A stretch of DNA of 64,000 bases from Promethearchaeia archaeon (GTDB lineage Archaea > Asgardarchaeota > Lokiarchaeia > Sigyniarchaeales > SOKP01). Positions 61,558 to 64,000 of the stretch are shown here, piece by piece. The position numbers and the translations under genes are program-made. The stretch's first letter is position 1. Each line of letters begins with the position of its first letter. The notes under the pieces were generated by a model, which was given only the letters and a program-made list of their open reading frames with translations, was not told where the DNA came from and did not search any database. The DNA lies in the NCBI GenBank assembly GCA_029856145.1, contig JAHQWK010000003.1:1-64000 (forward strand), read 5' to 3'.

Positions 61558-62073
61558 ATGATGCTAAACCTTGATAAACGATTTGATGAAAAACTTAAAG
61601 ATTTAAAAAATTCATTACCCAAATTGAAAGTAAATGCTAACTGTGCAGAATTGACTTTAACAAGCGTTCTTGAAATATTAGGAATTGACAATTACATCTT
61701 TCATAATGTTGCGATTCCATTAGCTGGCGGATTTGGTGGTTATAAATCAAAAAAAGGATGGCAAGGAGCTTGTGGGGCTGTTTGTGGTGGATGTTCGGCA
61801 ATGGGGGCAATAATGGGTGGACAGAAAAAAATGGAAAATGAAATGATGTTAAAAGCCTATTTAAAAGCAGCTAAATTTGCTAGTGAGTTTGAAAAGGAAT
61901 TTGGTTCTGTAGTATGTTCAGAACTCTGTGGGTATGATTTTAGTCAACCTGAAGGCATGACAGAATATATCAGAAGTGGAACTTGGAAAAAGAAATGCTA
62001 TCATTATGTAGTGTGGGCAATAGATCAGGTAAGAAAATTCACGCAAAGAGAATTAAAAAACAAATGGAAATAA
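61558..62073 (+). CDS. C_GCAxxG_C_C family putative redox protein
   Basis: NCAE, GFGG, CGAVCGG, FGSVVCSEL, C. Confidence 0.88.
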   Translation: MMLNLDKRFDEKLKDLKNSLPKLKVNANCAELTLTSVLEILGIDNYIFHNVAIPLAGGFGGYKSKKGWQGACGAVCGGCSAMGAIMGGQKKMENEMMLKAYLKAAKFASEFEKEFGSVVCSELCGYDFSQPEGMTEYIRSGTWKKKCYHYVVWAIDQVRKFTQRELKNKWK

Positions 62074-62203
62074 AATAATCTTAAAGCAATCTCTAAATAC
62101 AAATTTTTTAATTTTTTGAAATTAAAAGTTTTTTATACTAATATTTGTTTATTACAATTATTCAAAAAAAAAATATTGATTAATAAGGTTAGGAATTAAT
62201 TTT

Positions 62204-62446
62204 ATGAGTGAAGAAGAGTCTCGTTTTTGTCCTTATTGTGGAGTTGAGCTAGAACACCCTTACTGGGCTCACATTCAAGCAAAACATCCAGAAAAATATA
62301 CCCAAAAAGAAACTTGGATAAAATTATGGCAAGATTATCGAGGTTTAGGGATGGATGAAGAAACATCTTTAATGGTAATATCAGAACTGTTCAATGCAAC
62401 TCAAGAAGAAGTTAAATCTTTCTTAGAAAATGCTAAAGTTCTGTAA
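62204..62446 (+). CDS. Small C2H2-type zinc-finger protein
   Basis: CPYC...H-x4-H. Confidence 0.75.
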   Translation: MSEEESRFCPYCGVELEHPYWAHIQAKHPEKYTQKETWIKLWQDYRGLGMDEETSLMVISELFNATQEEVKSFLENAKVL

Positions 62447-62533
62447 TTTTTGTTTTTTTTTTAGATTTATTTTTAAAAATTAAAATAAATAAAGAAATAG
62501 TTTAAATTTAAATCACTAATATTAAATTTCGAA

Positions 62534-62830
62534 TTAGAATTCTTCTTCTTCTTCGTCTTCTTTTAAGAGTCCTGCTTGTTTTAACAAATCTTCTACGCTA
62601 TCTCGAGCTTTTATTAATTGTTCATTTTCATTTAAATTAAGTTTTTCAATAGCGTCATCGCTGAATTCCATTATTTTCTTAATAGCTTCAGAAGAGAAAT
62701 CTTTGATTTTTTCAGATGTTTCCTCTATGAAATCTTTTCCAGATTCGCCAAAGACATTTCCAAAGAAATCGGTAAAAGATTTATTCAGTTTTTCTATGAA
62801 GTTTTCTTTTTCTTCTCCTTCATCACTCAT
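62534..62830 (-). CDS. Small acidic helical hypothetical protein
   Basis: 98-aa ORF with amphipathic helices and acidic termini. Confidence 0.65.
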   Translation of the reverse strand: MSDEGEEKENFIEKLNKSFTDFFGNVFGESGKDFIEETSEKIKDFSSEAIKKIMEFSDDAIEKLNLNENEQLIKARDSVEDLLKQAGLLKEDEEEEEF

Positions 62831-63021
62831 TTTATTTCACTTATTTTTAGAGTAAATTTATTTAAATAATTTATTAAAGTATTAAAATTCATACTTCTTT
62901 TTCGACTTTATGCGGCAACACTTTTATATTTATCTCTAATATTATAATTTCTTTTATATATCATCATCTACGTGTGTAGGTTTTAAAACCATGTAGTATT
63001 TTTTGATATAAGGGAAAATAT

Positions 63022-64000
63022 ATGAGTGAGAATCACTTTCTACATGGATTTTTAAACCCAAAAAGCGTCGCTATCTATGGAGCTAATAATAAAGGTAATT
63101 CTTTAGCGGGGCTTCAAATAATGAATCTAATTAAGTCTGGTTTCGATGGTACCGTATATCCAATACATCTAAAATTAGAATCTGTAATGGGATTTAAAGC
63201 TTATAAAAACTTTGCTGATCTTCCGGAGGTTCCTGATCTTGTAGTCATTGTTCTTCCAGCTAAACTTGTTCCTCAAATTTTTAAAGAATGTGGAGAAAAG
63301 GGAGTTAATCGGATAGTTTTAATTTCAGGAGGTTTTCGCGAATTAATTGGTGAACGTAAAAATACGCTTACCGAAGAGATCAACGATATAGCTAAAGAAT
63401 ATGGGATAAGATTTATAGGTCCTAATTGTTTGGGAGTTTATAATAATTGGTATGATGCAGAAGAAGAAAAGAAGTCTTTCAATATCTTTATTTGGGAAAA
63501 TCTCAAGAGGAGCAAATTTTCAATCGCATCTCAATCTGGTACTCTTTCATGTCATATTTGGTATGATCCTGATAATTTAGATTTGGGGCTGAGTAGATCT
63601 TTATCTGTTGGGAACGAAGCGAATATAGATATTGTAGATTGTTTAGAATATTATAAAGACGATAAATACACAGAAATAATTGGATTATACCTTGAAGAGA
63701 TAAAAAGAGGGAAAAAATTTTTAGAATTAGCAAAAGAAATTACTCCAAAAAAGCCAATTATCGCAATTTATGTAGGTGGTTCCAAGGCAGGTAATCGAGC
63801 ATTGCAAAGCCATACGGGCTCTCTCGCAGGAAATTCTAAAATATATGAAAGCGTATTCAAAGAAACAGGTATAATAAAAACTGATTATGTTCAAGAATTT
63901 TTAGATATTGCTCTTATTTTTTCAAATGGGATAATACCTAAAGGAAAACGACTTGGTATTATAACAAATTCGGGGGGTCCAGGGGCAATGGTTGCTAATA
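63022..64000 (+). CDS. ADP-forming acyl-CoA synthetase, alpha/CoA-binding subunit (partial, runs off window end)
   Basis: LNPKSVAIYGA, VPDLVVIV, GPNCLG, SQSG, SVGNEA, SHTGSLAG, TNSGGPG. Confidence 0.92.
   Translation, partial: MSENHFLHGFLNPKSVAIYGANNKGNSLAGLQIMNLIKSGFDGTVYPIHLKLESVMGFKAYKNFADLPEVPDLVVIVLPAKLVPQIFKECGEKGVNRIVLISGGFRELIGERKNTLTEEINDIAKEYGIRFIGPNCLGVYNNWYDAEEEKKSFNIFIWENLKRSKFSIASQSGTLSCHIWYDPDNLDLGLSRSLSVGNEANIDIVDCLEYYKDDKYTEIIGLYLEEIKRGKKFLELAKEITPKKPIIAIYVGGSKAGNRALQSHTGSLAGNSKIYESVFKETGIIKTDYVQEFLDIALIFSNGIIPKGKRLGIITNSGGPGAMVAN

Noticed and set aside
3502-63733. Numerous short antisense or overlapping ORFs in the track (e.g. 3502-3849, 22681-23025, 46021-46308, 60566-60871, 63503-63733)
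   Set aside because: They lie opposite or within well-supported genes and have no motifs.

Overview
AT-rich archaeal genomic DNA, most consistent with an Asgard archaeon of the Lokiarchaeia type. The evidence is roadblock/longin-small GTPase fusions, a RING-H2 protein, an FAWSP-type histone, IPGY/ISGY-TM-basic C-terminal anchors, frequent TTG/GTG starts and oligo-T terminators. The window has about 58 CDS (thiamine, sulfur-relay, tungsten AOR, hydrolases, signalling, eukaryotic-signature proteins), one tRNA-Arg(CCT), and no CRISPR, rRNA, transposase or integrase. Top finding: a histone gene missed by the ORF track (34446-34687) is interrupted after codon 4 by a 23-nt segment with spliceosomal-type ends, AAG|GTATGT...CTTAG|CAC. 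Removing it joins the Shine-Dalgarno-led ATG to an intact 72-aa histone (MAKKHVNFAWSPVRKLMK...). The junctions also fold into an imperfect bulge-helix-bulge-like stem. A single-base assembly error remains an alternative. Other findings: decayed copies of gene ends bracketing accessory genes (three copies of an amidohydrolase 3' end, plus ppa 5', QueG-like 3' and surface-protease C-terminal relics), an in-frame UGA in a flavoprotein gene, tandem roadblock-Rab-pseudoGTPase genes, and a six-gene GNAT array.
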